Shown piece after piece: positions 1 through 9,246 of a stretch of DNA of 44,856 nucleotides. This stretch comes from a bacterium. Its GTDB lineage: Bacteria > Calditrichota > Calditrichia > RBG-13-44-9 > J042. The position numbers and the translations under genes were made by a program. The number at the start of each line of letters is the position of its first letter. Position 1 is the first letter of the stretch. The DNA lies in the NCBI GenBank assembly GCA_015485355.1, contig WFTQ01000051.1, positions 1 to 44,856 of the forward strand, in the 5' to 3' direction. The notes beneath the pieces were generated by a model, which did not search any database, was not told the DNA's origin, and saw nothing but the letters and a program-made list of their open reading frames with translations.

Positions 1-315
1 AGTAAGCATCCGACCAACCACGGATTGACGGATGGAAATCGATGTTGAGGATAAGAATTGAAGTATTTTTCTCTTTATGGATTTCAGGAGATAAATGTTT
101 TTCGACTTTGCGGCCGGTTTCCAATTCTGGGGCATCAAGGTAAACAAATGCTGGTAAGGATGGGGGCCAATGCGGCTCGGCACATCATTCAGATCGGCGA
201 ACGGCTCCAGCCCCTGCAATCTGGCCGAGACCCGCAGGGTGAATTTGACGCCCTTGCCCATGTCGGCGGCCTCGGTATACCAATAAAACCGACTGCGGCT
301 GCTTACGGCAACCAT
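1..315 (-). pseudogene. IS66-family TnpB-like, partial or degenerate, running off the window start
   Basis: My translation of the minus strand gives MVAVSSRSRFYWYTEAADMGKGVKFTLRVSARLQGLEPFADLNDV...HLFTLMPQNW, which resembles the IS66 TnpB N-terminus (R-I-W-L-x-G-x-TDMRKGFDGL ... HLFVF). The C-terminal part is AT-rich and low-complexity with no stop before position 1. The + strand ORF at 58-396 is judged spurious. Confidence 0.45.
2..23. repeat. Left terminal inverted repeat of the IS66-like element (GTAAGC...)
   Basis: Matches the reverse complement of 683-704 at about 16 of 22 positions. IS66-family ends typically begin with GTAAGC. Confidence 0.45.
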
Positions 316-626
316 GGCGTATCGCTTCGGTATATCCGCAGAATCATCCCGTCGCCGAAGCGCAGCTCGACCCGCGGGGGCTGCTCCCATTCCTGAAGGG
401 CACTCCGGGATTCCGGTTGCAGCGGGATGAACCTCGCCGAAGCCTCCTGGGCCTGACCCACCCGTTGATGCCGGCGGCAGCGTTGTCCCCAATCGTTCAG
501 CTTACTCCGGGTGATACCTTCCTGTTGGCTGAACGGACGGCGGGTGAAACCGCTTTTGTAATAGCGCTCCACCAGGCGAACCATCGCCTCTCGGTGGGCG
601 ATGTGTTTTTCGATGGACGCAGACAT
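303..626 (-). CDS. IS66-family accessory protein TnpA-like (HTH)
   Basis: 107 aa. The motif F-x-QEGITRSKLNDWGQRCRR resembles the IS66 TnpA signature (F..E.G.S...Y.WRKK). Confidence 0.5.
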   Translation of the reverse strand: MSASIEKHIAHREAMVRLVERYYKSGFTRRPFSQQEGITRSKLNDWGQRCRRHQRVGQAQEASARFIPLQPESRSALQEWEQPPRVELRFGDGMILRIYRSDTPWLP

Positions 627-682
627 GGACCATTCCCCTTTCGTTTTTAGGGGAATTTAATCCCACAATCGAAGAATTTTAG

Positions 683-704
683 ACGGGGTTGCACGGGGGC
701 TTAC
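683..704. repeat. Right terminal inverted repeat of the IS66-like element
   Basis: The reverse complement reads GTAAGCCCCCGTGCAACCCCGT and pairs with the left end. Confidence 0.45.
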
Positions 705-890
705 GCTGTTTCCATATCCTGAAATTCTCGCTTGATTATTTGGCCTTATAACTGATGCTCGGTGATCACTGGGTTTTAGGACACTGAACCTGCTATTTAA
801 AAAACACCTCCGATGTCAACCAAACTCTGAAATTATCCCGCGGCCCCGCAATCCACTGAAGTAAATGTTATGCTTTGTTTGAATACTGTG

Positions 891-1838
891 TTATCCTGGA
901 ATCATTGCGAAACCTAAGAACATTATCATTAATAGATTAAACACTACACCCAGAACCGAGAAAACTTTTCGCTTCTCTTTTTGAATTATTCCAGCTATTC
1001 CCAAACCGAAACCAACGAGCACAATGAAAATACTGACTATCATAAGAAATCCGATTAATGTTGAGCCAATGGACTCTTGTTCTAACCATTGCGGGTCAGA
1101 GAATTGTTTGATTGTGTAGACAGTATAAACGAAAATCTGTGTAAAGAAAGCTACAATCGATAGAATGAACGATGCAATGCCTAATCCTGAATGTCGAGAT
1201 TTATCTTGATTCAGGTTTATAGTTCCTAATTGCTGTGCATTGTTATTGATTTCATTGGAACTTGTGATTGCATCGTCAGAATACAATTTGAATTTTCGGA
1301 TTTCTTGAATACCCCAAACCAATTGTAGCACCCCAAATATCAACCAGCCAAAACCACCGCCTTCAGGCAAAGTCGTTCCGAGAATATTCATAATGCCAAC
1401 CAGTAAGAGAGCAGAACCATTGGCGATAAACATTCCACGCTTTTTGATAAAGAGATTTAAGATGCCAAGTATAATGATAATTGAACCCCAGAGTGGATCC
1501 AAGAAATTCGATAGAACCAGATGAACCATTCCAAGAATAATTAAACCAATTCCCCATTTGCGAAGGCTCTCGTTCAATTCAGGCAACGGTTTTTCACTTG
1601 GAAATGAAAGACGTCTCTTAGTATTTCTTATTGAAGTATTATCTTTCTGTGGATCTAATTCAAACTTCTCACAAGTGTCTACAAATGACGGTTTCTCTTT
1701 AGTCAACCCACACAAGATTCCTTTTCGGAGGTCAAAGTCGTAATGTTGGCATCTTTTACAGAATCTGTCGTAATCCACATCCTGTCCTTTCACGCATCTG
1801 AAAAAGTTGTCTTTTTTAAGCCTAACGACCAAGCTCAC
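891..1838 (-). CDS. Hypothetical polytopic membrane protein with an N-terminal Cys-rich (zinc-ribbon-like) segment
   Basis: 315 aa with a GTG start. The N-terminus carries C-x13-C-x2-C-x10-C, followed by about 6-7 hydrophobic helices. It sits in a low-GC islet. Confidence 0.5.
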   Translation of the reverse strand: MSLVVRLKKDNFFRCVKGQDVDYDRFCKRCQHYDFDLRKGILCGLTKEKPSFVDTCEKFELDPQKDNTSIRNTKRRLSFPSEKPLPELNESLRKWGIGLIILGMVHLVLSNFLDPLWGSIIIILGILNLFIKKRGMFIANGSALLLVGIMNILGTTLPEGGGFGWLIFGVLQLVWGIQEIRKFKLYSDDAITSSNEINNNAQQLGTINLNQDKSRHSGLGIASFILSIVAFFTQIFVYTVYTIKQFSDPQWLEQESIGSTLIGFLMIVSIFIVLVGFGLGIAGIIQKEKRKVFSVLGVVFNLLMIMFLGFAMIPG

Positions 1839-1879
1839 CTGCCGCTAAGGAGCGCAGCGGAATAGCGGTCAGGTGGAGC
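1833..1879. other. Bulged stem-loop (GCTCACCTG ... CAGGTGGAGC) overlapping the GTG start of the membrane-protein gene and downstream of the DUF1059 gene
   Basis: Inverted repeat seen directly in the sequence. An inner CCGCT/AGCGG pairing is also possible. No U-tract follows. Confidence 0.35.
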
Positions 1880-1914
1880 GCCTTGTTAGGGGCTCTTTGG
1901 CCATTTACGGGACA

Positions 1915-2151
1915 TTAGCTCTCTGGCAGAGACTCGAACTCCTTGCGTTTTGAATCAAACCACTTGTTCATCTCATCCGGGTCTTTCATAAGGTCCTGCA
2001 TTTTTCTCATTGCTTCGAGATGTGCCGCATCCTGCTTCTGGAGCATTTCCATTGCGTGCTGCTTACTCAACTCAGCCATTTCTTCAAATGTATTAGCATG
2101 GAACTCTTTTTCACACGCCCCCCCAAGTTGCCTGCAAGTCATGGTCTTCAT
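1915..2151 (-). CDS. DUF1059-family small protein
   Basis: 78 aa. MKTMTCRQLGGACEKEFHANTFEEM...H matches the DUF1059 pattern (MK..C.DLG..C...F.A.T.EE...H). Confidence 0.5.
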   Translation of the reverse strand: MKTMTCRQLGGACEKEFHANTFEEMAELSKQHAMEMLQKQDAAHLEAMRKMQDLMKDPDEMNKWFDSKRKEFESLPES

Positions 2152-2460
2152 GTTTCTCCCCCTTGTGTATTAGTTGAAGCACCTAAGATTACTTTTTATA
2201 TCGAACCAATTTGTTCTATTGGTTTTACTTTATTATAAAAAATTATTTCAATAAATCCAATCGATATTTCTGGATATGACGGTAATTAACTGGATATTAT
2301 TTGAAGTAATGAGAATATATCGATTCGATATAATTTGTGGAAAACAACCATTTTACAACATTTCGGGCGATTTTGGCGTCCAAAATAAACAACAAAAGAA
2401 AATCTATTCCCTATTACGTGAACCGGGCGAAGCAGGTCCAGTATTATAATATTTAAAAAA

Positions 2461-2871
2461 TTAGCATTTCTGGGACGGGTCTTTTCCCGCAGCACTTACC
2501 ATCAGCCGTTTATTGATACACCAGGCGTATCCCCGACCGACGGCAAACCAGAGGGCGTTGGTTTCCGCCAAGGGTTCCGGGGTGGCTGCCGTGCGCACTT
2601 CTATACCATCCACAAAAATGCTGTGGGCGTAAACGCCCCAGCCGCCGCTCCTGGTGGCGGATGGGAGCTCCAGAAATTCACTGCCGCCGACAAAAAGCCA
2701 CAGCAAGTGGTGAATAAACACCGCCTGACCCTTACCTTGAATCAACCCTGCCGGAATCCGGTACAGTACCGTTGATCCCGGTGCCGCCACCGTGTAGCCG
2801 TTTCCCATGGCCGTGGCCCGCACATTCACCCCAATTTTCAGAAATGTCGGCCCCGGACACCGGCCCGCCAA
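2461..2871 (-). CDS. Hypothetical protein (uncertain)
   Basis: 136-aa ORF at the GC-rich edge of the islet. No motif recognised. Confidence 0.2.
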   Translation of the reverse strand: MAGRCPGPTFLKIGVNVRATAMGNGYTVAAPGSTVLYRIPAGLIQGKGQAVFIHHLLWLFVGGSEFLELPSATRSGGWGVYAHSIFVDGIEVRTAATPEPLAETNALWFAVGRGYAWCINKRLMVSAAGKDPSQKC

Positions 2872-2907
2872 GGCCCTCCTGTCATTCTGAGCGCAGCGTC
2901 AGCGGAG

Positions 2908-2942
2908 CGAAGCATCTCCCTCGCCGTTCCTGAGATGCTTCG
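2908..2942. other. Perfect 11-bp inverted repeat hairpin (CGAAGCATCTC ... GAGATGCTTCG) in a gene-poor region
   Basis: Seen in the sequence. A second small hairpin (GTCGGTT...AACCGAC) and a CCC-UUCG-GGG tetraloop hairpin follow. Confidence 0.35.
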
Positions 2943-3973
2943 TCCCCTCCTGTCGGTTGGTGAACCGACGGATAAGGAACCGTACGGAGGTGTGAGAGGA
3001 AGCCCCCTTCGGGAGAAATTTCTCGACTGTTTAAACATTGAGCTTTCCCTAAACACCCGAATGGGACCCATCGGGGACTGCCTGTTGAAACGGAAAGTCC
3101 GAATGTTTTCCGGAAAGAAAAAACGTGCCTCTATTCAGGATGGGCGTTCGCCAAACCATGTTCGATACAACGGGCTATGTTCCTATCGTTTTTTCGTTTT
3201 CACCCTTGCTAAATTACGTTCTGGCTATTATGTTTCGACTTGTATTTTGGGAAGGTCGGATTGAATATGCAGGGTCTTTTCCATGCAAATGGCGATTATT
3301 GATCCATTCCCGATTTCCCCGGTCTCTTCCGCCCCTCCTCCCCGGAATGCCGTTGGCGAATTTCTGAGGAACATGTGTGGACGTGAAAAATTCTGGTTTT
3401 GAAATGCATGGGCAGGTTTCACGACCCGCGGAATGGCGAGAATAAAAGGTGGTATAATGAAGCGGCCAATAGTTTTCGGCGTTCTTCTGATATTACTTTT
3501 TCGATCGGGTGGCACGCGTTTCGAGGCCCCCCGCTGTAAGGAAATGAGGCAACTTCCTCCGGAATGGGCCGCTTGCCTGGACAATCCCCCGCGGGCACAC
3601 AACCAAGTTGCCCTTTTGCAATCCCGCGGTAGCATCCCATTGGGCATCTATGTCGTTATGGATCAAAGAATTCCAGCAGCCGTGGGGGGTCATCCGGAAG
3701 CCCTGGATTTAACGGTAGGCGAGGGGTTTCAGGCGGAAAGGGAATCCCGCGGTAAAGGGTTCCGGTTCTGCCCGGCCTCTTCCCGGTTGTCCGGCGATTT
3801 GATCGGGCATGAGGCAATGTATGCCCATCGGCCGGTCCTGGAGGCCCGGGAAGATCAACCCCGTCTCAAAGCATTCCATGATGCCATGCCGTCTTTGGGG
3901 TCACCGCCCCACCATGGGTAAAGGAGTTGATGCAATTGTAAAGGGTTTCACTCATTGAACAGAGGAGTAAACC

Positions 3974-5665
3974 ATGAAAATCGGATTGTTTTTAATGCTG
4001 ACAGGTCTGGTTGCCGTGCTGTTTTCCGGAGATCGCATCACCGGCAGGAAGTTTGCCACGCGCTCGGAGGTGATCGCCCGCCATGGAATGGCGGCCACCA
4101 GTCAGCCGCTGGCCACTCAGATTGCCCTGGACATCCTGAAAAAAGGGGGGTCGGCCGTGGACGCCGCCATTGCCGCCAATGCTGCCTTGGGGCTGATGGA
4201 ACCTACAGGCAACGGCATTGGTGGGGACCTGTTTGCCATTGTCTGGGATGCAAAAACAAAAAAACTGTACGGACTGAATGCCAGCGGCCGCTCCCCCTAT
4301 CAGTTAACCCTGGAATATTTCAAGAAAAACGGCTATAAAAGCATTCCTTCCCATGGTCCCCTACCGGTGACGGTTCCCGGATGTGTGGATGGATGGTTTG
4401 AATTGCATCGGAAATTCGGTCGTTTACCCATGGAGGTTATCCTGGAACCGGCCATACGATATGCCCGGGAGGGATTCCCGGTTAGCGAACTGATCGCCTA
4501 TTACTGGCAACGGAGTGTTCCTGTTCTGAAAAAATATCCCAATTTCGAGAAGATCTTTACCATTAACGGAAGAGCGCCACGCAAAGGGGAGATATTCCGC
4601 AATCCGTATCTGGCGAATACCCTGGAGACGATTGCCCGCGGTGGACGAGAGGTGTTTTATCGCGGAGAGATTGCCCGAACCATTGTGGATTACCTGCAGC
4701 GCAATGGGGGATTCTTGACCATGAAGGATTTTGAGGACCATCGCTCGCAATGGGTGGAACCGGTTTCCACCAATTATCGCGGCTACGACGTATGGCAACT
4801 TCCACCGAACGGGCAGGGCATTGCCGTATTACAAATGTTGAACATCCTGGAAGGCTATGATATTCGGCGCATGGGCTTCGGGAGTGCCGACTATATTCAC
4901 GTTCTGGTCGAAGCGAAAAAACTGGTTTTTGAAGATCGGGCGAAATTTTATGCAGATCCCGATTTTAATGATATTCCGGTTAAGGCGTTGATCTCCAAAG
5001 CCTATGCGGCGAAACGGCGGGCTCAGATCGATCTTAAACGAGCCGCCCGACGCTATGAGGCGGGAAATCCGGCCCTGGAAGACGGCGATACGATCTATCT
5101 GACCGTCGCCGATGCCGAAGGGAATATGGTGTCCCTCATTCAGAGCAATTTCCGGGGCATGGGTTCTGGAATGACCCCCGATGATTTGGGGTTCATTCTT
5201 CAGGATCGGGGAGAGTTGTTTACCCTGGAGGAAGGCCATTTTAACACTTATGCGCCTCATAAAAGGCCCTTTCACACCATCATTCCCGGATTTGTCACCA
5301 AAGATGGGCAGCCTTTTCTCAGTTTTGGGGTGATGGGAGGCGATATGCAACCGCAGGGACAGGTGCAGATCCTGGTCAACATCATTGATTTTGGCATGAA
5401 CATTCAGGAAGCCGGGGATGCCCCCCGGGTTCGCCATAGCGGTTCCTCACAGCCCACAGGAGGCCAAATGACCGATGGCGGATGGGTGCATCTGGAATCG
5501 GGTTTCGATTACGAGGTCGTTCGGGAATTGATGCAGCGCGGCCATCGCATTCGTTTCAGCCGGGGTGGATACGGTGGGTACCAGGCCATCATGTACGATG
5601 CCCAAAATAAGGTCTATTACGGAGCCTCAGAATCCCGAAAAGACGGGCAGGCCGCCGGTTACTAA
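3974..5665 (+). CDS. ggt: Gamma-glutamyltransferase (secreted, Ntn-hydrolase)
   Basis: 563 aa with a signal peptide. GGT family motifs are present, including the autoprocessing nucleophile Thr (GDTIYLTVADAEGNMVSL) and the GGD motif. Confidence 0.92.
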   Translation: MKIGLFLMLTGLVAVLFSGDRITGRKFATRSEVIARHGMAATSQPLATQIALDILKKGGSAVDAAIAANAALGLMEPTGNGIGGDLFAIVWDAKTKKLYGLNASGRSPYQLTLEYFKKNGYKSIPSHGPLPVTVPGCVDGWFELHRKFGRLPMEVILEPAIRYAREGFPVSELIAYYWQRSVPVLKKYPNFEKIFTINGRAPRKGEIFRNPYLANTLETIARGGREVFYRGEIARTIVDYLQRNGGFLTMKDFEDHRSQWVEPVSTNYRGYDVWQLPPNGQGIAVLQMLNILEGYDIRRMGFGSADYIHVLVEAKKLVFEDRAKFYADPDFNDIPVKALISKAYAAKRRAQIDLKRAARRYEAGNPALEDGDTIYLTVADAEGNMVSLIQSNFRGMGSGMTPDDLGFILQDRGELFTLEEGHFNTYAPHKRPFHTIIPGFVTKDGQPFLSFGVMGGDMQPQGQVQILVNIIDFGMNIQEAGDAPRVRHSGSSQPTGGQMTDGGWVHLESGFDYEVVRELMQRGHRIRFSRGGYGGYQAIMYDAQNKVYYGASESRKDGQAAGY

Positions 5666-5768
5666 CGTTTCGGAGCAGAGAGTTTATCCCTGATGTCCGG
5701 AAATATTGCTTCGAGCTCGGGGAAGGTAGGAGAGTGCAATAACAATCAAACCGGAAAGGAACTTCCGT

Positions 5769-6491
5769 ATGAATAGACGGGCCATTCAGAAATTTTCCCG
5801 GAAGTGGCATCGCCGATTGGGAAGTATTGTGGGCATTCAATTGTTTTTCTGGACACTGGGGGGATTGTATTTCTCCTGGTTCCATATTGACGACGTTCGG
5901 GGAACCACCGATCGGGTGGCCCGCGAACCTGTTAATCTGAGGGAATATTCGGAATTGATGGCTCCGGACTCGATCCTGCGGCGCAGTGCCCTGGAGTTTG
6001 TGGAACGTGTCGAGTTGACGGTTTTCCAGAAGCGCCCGGTCTATCGGTTGTATCGAGACGATGATCGGGTGGAGATGTTTGATGCCCGCAGCGGGGAAAA
6101 ACTGTCCCCTATTTCTCGGGAGCAAGCCGTCGAGATTGCCCGGGCCGATTTTCGACCCCATGCTGCGGTGCGGGCGGTGCATCTGGTGAACCAAAAGGGT
6201 GGCGAATACAAGGGACCCGTTCCTGCATATCGCATCGATTTTGACTACTGGAAGGGCACCCGAGTGTACGTGCATGCCCATACCGGACGCGTGACTGCGC
6301 ATCGAAACCATATCTGGCGCGGTTTTGATTTTTTCTGGATGCTTCATATTCTGGATTTTAAAGCGCGGGAGAATTTTAACAACTGGCTGTTACGCATTCT
6401 TTCCCTACTGGGGCTGATTACCCTGGCTTCGGGATATCTTTTGTGGGTGGTAACCACACCTTGGTTTCGTTTTAAAAAGCCACGGGCGTAA
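5769..6491 (+). CDS. PepSY-associated TM helix domain protein
   Basis: 240 aa. The N-terminal W-H-R-R-LG..I.QLFFW TM helix and a C-terminal TM helix are the typical PepSY_TM architecture. Confidence 0.7.
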   Translation: MNRRAIQKFSRKWHRRLGSIVGIQLFFWTLGGLYFSWFHIDDVRGTTDRVAREPVNLREYSELMAPDSILRRSALEFVERVELTVFQKRPVYRLYRDDDRVEMFDARSGEKLSPISREQAVEIARADFRPHAAVRAVHLVNQKGGEYKGPVPAYRIDFDYWKGTRVYVHAHTGRVTAHRNHIWRGFDFFWMLHILDFKARENFNNWLLRILSLLGLITLASGYLLWVVTTPWFRFKKPRA

Positions 6492-6523
6492 CGGCGACCC
6501 CCCCGTTTGAGGAGTATACCGGC

Positions 6524-8026
6524 ATGGGATTGACGATGGGAGAGGCCATGACAAAGGCAATCTACGCATTGACTGCGGCTTTATTGGTGCTGGGGACAAT
6601 TTTGTGGTACAATACCTGGCGTTTCGCGGCGCCCCGGCCATCACCTTCGGCTGCGGCGGATGAGCACGCGATTCGGATCGCCCCCGCCGACTCGGCGGCC
6701 ATGGTGGAGCGCTTTTCCCGGGCCTTACAGTTGGCCACCGTCTCCAGGGAAACCGCCCGGCGGGATACCCCGGTTTTCCAGGAATTTCTCCAATTGCTGC
6801 GGGAAAGTTTCCCTCGGGTATTCTCCCGGATGCAAGAGGAACGGGTAAATGAGCTCAGTGTGCTGCTCCACTGGAAAGGTGATTCCGATACCCTGCGCCC
6901 GCTTCTGTTTGTCGCGCATTACGATGTCGTTCCCGTCGACAGTAGCACGATCCATTTGTGGACGTATCCCCCTTTTTCCGGCACCATTGCCGGCGGTTAC
7001 GTTTGGGGACGTGGAGCGATCGATGATAAGGCGGGTACCATGCTGACCCTGGAGGCCATGGAGTATCTCCTGGCCGGGGGATTTCGACCCCGGCGGTCCA
7101 TCTATATCGCCCTTGGTCATGATGAAGAGATTGGAGGGCTGGAGGGTGCCCGGGAAATGGCCCGACGCCTTGATCAACAGGGGCGGGAATTCGAACTCGT
7201 CCTGGATGAGGGCGGCACCGTTTTAACAGAAGGCCTTGCCGGTATCTCCCGTCCCGTTGCTCTGGTGGGAATTGCCGAAAAAGGGTATGTTACCCTTCGA
7301 TTGACCGCCAGGGGGGAGGCGGGCCATTCTTCCATGCCGCCCCGGCAAACGGCCATTGGTCGGCTGGCTGCAGCCATTCAGCGGTTGGAAGCCCATCCCT
7401 TTCCCGCCGCCATTACGGGCCCTACCAAGGCCTTCTTCGATGCGGTGGGTCCCCATATGCCGTTTCTTCCCCGATTGGTTTTGGCGAACCGCTGGTTGCT
7501 GGGTTCCCTGCTCATGGCACAACTGGAACGGCAACCCCCTACAAACGCCCTCATCCGTACCACAACGGCCGTGACCATGATCCAGGGCGGGGTAAAGCCC
7601 AACGTCCTTCCGGCACAGGCCACCGCCCTGGTAAATTTCCGCATTCGCCCGGGGGAATCGGTGGAGACGGTGATCAAACATGTCCGGAGCGCCATCGCCG
7701 ATACGTCCATCGGGATAGAAATTTTCGGTAAACTGGCGATCGATCCTTCTCCCACATCCCGCATCGATAATCGGGCCTTCCGGCAAGTGAGCCAAAGCAT
7801 TCGTACCGTTTTCCCGGGCGCCCTGGCGGCCCCGTATACCGTACTGGGCGCCACCGATTCCCGATACTACTATTCCGTCTCCCGGGCGGTGTACCGCTTT
7901 CTGCCTCTGGAAGTTCGTTACGATGACCTCAGCCGGATTCACGGTGTAAACGAACGCGTTGCAACCGCCGGCCTGATAAAGGGAGTCCGCTTTTATATCG
8001 ATCTGATTCGACGGCTGAATCCGTAA
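6524..8026 (+). CDS. M20-family metallopeptidase (ArgE/DapE/CPG2/Cps1-like dipeptidase/carboxypeptidase)
   Basis: 500 aa with an N-terminal TM/signal segment. Carries the HYDVVP motif, GRGAIDDKAG, the GHDEEIGG metal ligands and a dimerisation domain. Confidence 0.85.
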   Translation: MGLTMGEAMTKAIYALTAALLVLGTILWYNTWRFAAPRPSPSAAADEHAIRIAPADSAAMVERFSRALQLATVSRETARRDTPVFQEFLQLLRESFPRVFSRMQEERVNELSVLLHWKGDSDTLRPLLFVAHYDVVPVDSSTIHLWTYPPFSGTIAGGYVWGRGAIDDKAGTMLTLEAMEYLLAGGFRPRRSIYIALGHDEEIGGLEGAREMARRLDQQGREFELVLDEGGTVLTEGLAGISRPVALVGIAEKGYVTLRLTARGEAGHSSMPPRQTAIGRLAAAIQRLEAHPFPAAITGPTKAFFDAVGPHMPFLPRLVLANRWLLGSLLMAQLERQPPTNALIRTTTAVTMIQGGVKPNVLPAQATALVNFRIRPGESVETVIKHVRSAIADTSIGIEIFGKLAIDPSPTSRIDNRAFRQVSQSIRTVFPGALAAPYTVLGATDSRYYYSVSRAVYRFLPLEVRYDDLSRIHGVNERVATAGLIKGVRFYIDLIRRLNP

Positions 8027-8047
8027 AGGTTCCCGTGGGGCTTTGGG

Positions 8048-8968
8048 TTAATTCCCAGCGGAAGGCGATGCTTTCCGGTAACTCCGATAAACAATTTCAA
8101 TCCAGCGTTCGGTGGAAATAAACCCCCAGCTCCAGGGTTCCCATTTTTCCGGCAAGCCCGCCTGTTGAATGGCCGACAGGCTTTTCCCGGCAGCCATCTG
8201 CCGACGCACATGGGCGGTCGTTTCCCTTAACATGGTCAGGTAATGGTTTAGGTCGGTTAAGGTGGAAATCGGTCCATGTCCCGGGATAATTTCTACCTCC
8301 TCCGGCAACTGTCGAATGATGGCCGCCACGTTTTGAATTAAACCCTCCACATCGCCGCCACTGTCCAGGTCCACGAACGGGAAGCGTCCGGCAAAGAATA
8401 CGTCGCCCATATGGACCACATTGGAACCGGTGAAAAAGATGATCAGATCCCCGTCGGTGTGTCCATGAGGAAAGTGAATGGCTCGAATCTCTTCACCGTT
8501 GAAGTGAATGGAAAGGGAGGAGTCGAATGTCAGAACAGGGAGGCCTTCCTTTTTCATGGGAGGAATCGTACGATGGCCCCGCTTGTGTTCCTGCATAAGC
8601 CGTTTACGCACGTTGGTGTGAGCGATAATAGGTGCTTCGGGCCCAAATTCCGGATTCCCTCCGGTGTGATCTCCATGCCAGTGGGTGTTCAGAATGAACC
8701 GCAGTTTCCCCTCGCCCAATGTTTTAAGCGCAGCACGGATTTTATCCGCCAACGGGGCGAACTGGTCGTCCACGATCAAGATGCCGTCTTCCCCCACCGA
8801 TACGCCGATTTTACCCCCTGCGCCTTCCAGGGCGTAGACGTTCCCCGCCACATGAACGGCCTGAATTTCTACCTTGGAGAAATCCCGCTGAGCTTGCAGG
8901 GTCGTCTGGCCCAACAACAGCCCGATGAACAGGCCGAACAATCGCCATCGATGCATGATGACCTCCAT
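8048..8968 (-). CDS. MBL-fold metallo-hydrolase (secreted, B3-like HxHxDH)
   Basis: 306 aa with a signal peptide. Carries the NTHWHGDHTGG motif. Confidence 0.85.
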   Translation of the reverse strand: MEVIMHRWRLFGLFIGLLLGQTTLQAQRDFSKVEIQAVHVAGNVYALEGAGGKIGVSVGEDGILIVDDQFAPLADKIRAALKTLGEGKLRFILNTHWHGDHTGGNPEFGPEAPIIAHTNVRKRLMQEHKRGHRTIPPMKKEGLPVLTFDSSLSIHFNGEEIRAIHFPHGHTDGDLIIFFTGSNVVHMGDVFFAGRFPFVDLDSGGDVEGLIQNVAAIIRQLPEEVEIIPGHGPISTLTDLNHYLTMLRETTAHVRRQMAAGKSLSAIQQAGLPEKWEPWSWGFISTERWIEIVYRSYRKASPSAGN

Positions 8969-9199
8969 CGTTGTTTGGATATTTCATGTAAATGGGTGAA
9001 ATCCTCCATCATTGGTTGATTGACTGCGTTTTGCAGGTGTTGTAAACGAACGATCTTGAATGAAAACCCGTGGTATACGTTGCTAACGTGACCAGCGGGG
9101 GGCATCCCGTCACCCGTTATAGCGGGTGTGAAAAAAATGTCCTTTCCGCCGTCGCGGTGAGCGCCTTCCTATCCACCCGGGATGTGCCGACCGTTATCG

Positions 9200-9233
9200 C
9201 ACCATTCCCGGTGGCAGCACACCGGGAATGGTG
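9200..9233 (-). terminator. Strong hairpin (14-bp perfect stem CACCATTCCCGGTG / CACCGGGAATGGTG, 6-nt loop) immediately downstream of the M28 peptidase stop
   Basis: Seen in the sequence. It lies 14 nt past the stop of the 9247-10917 minus-strand gene. The U-tract is weak. Confidence 0.45.
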
Positions 9234-9246
9234 TTGACGAAGCTTA

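Larger units (their letters stand above)
2..704 (-). mobile_element. IS66-family insertion sequence remnant (tnpA + N-terminal part of tnpB, tnpC absent) bounded by imperfect terminal inverted repeats
   Basis: TnpA-like and TnpB-like ORFs overlap by about 13 nt (tnpB start codon inside the 3' end of tnpA), as in IS66. The ends are GTAAGC-initiated: the left end at positions 2-23 (GTAAGCATCCGACCAACCACGG) matches the reverse complement of 683-704 (GTAAGCCCCCGTGCAACCCCGT) at about 16 of 22 positions. There is an AT-rich degenerate stretch at 60-110. Confidence 0.5.

Noticed and set aside
58-396. 112-aa + strand ORF at the window start
   Set aside because: The opposite strand encodes a much better IS66 TnpB-like reading frame with the R-F-Y-W...TDMGKG motif. 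The + strand product has no recognisable features.
3050-3110. GGAAAGTCCG motif reminiscent of the RNase P RNA P4 region
   Set aside because: The GGGCUCC continuation, the GGUAA motif and the ACAGAA(C/A)CCGGCUUA 3' motif of bacterial RNase P RNA are absent. The local sequence instead forms a simple CGGAAA/TTTCCG hairpin.
3433-3921. 162-aa ORF with a signal-peptide-like N-terminus (MKRPIVFGVLLILLF)
   Set aside because: Codon usage is mixed, with rare AGA, ATA, TTA and CGA codons unlike its neighbours. The remainder is Arg/Pro-rich and low-complexity. It overlaps an equally long antisense ORF. It is kept only as part of the gene-poor-region finding.
4829-6347. Long antisense ORFs (4829-5437, 5589-6347) inside ggt and the PepSY gene
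   Set aside because: High GC produces long stop-free antisense frames. The sense-strand genes have clear family motifs.
7223-7942. 239-aa minus-strand ORF inside the M20 peptidase gene
   Set aside because: It is antisense to a well-supported M20 peptidase, and its product is Gly/Arg-rich and low-complexity.
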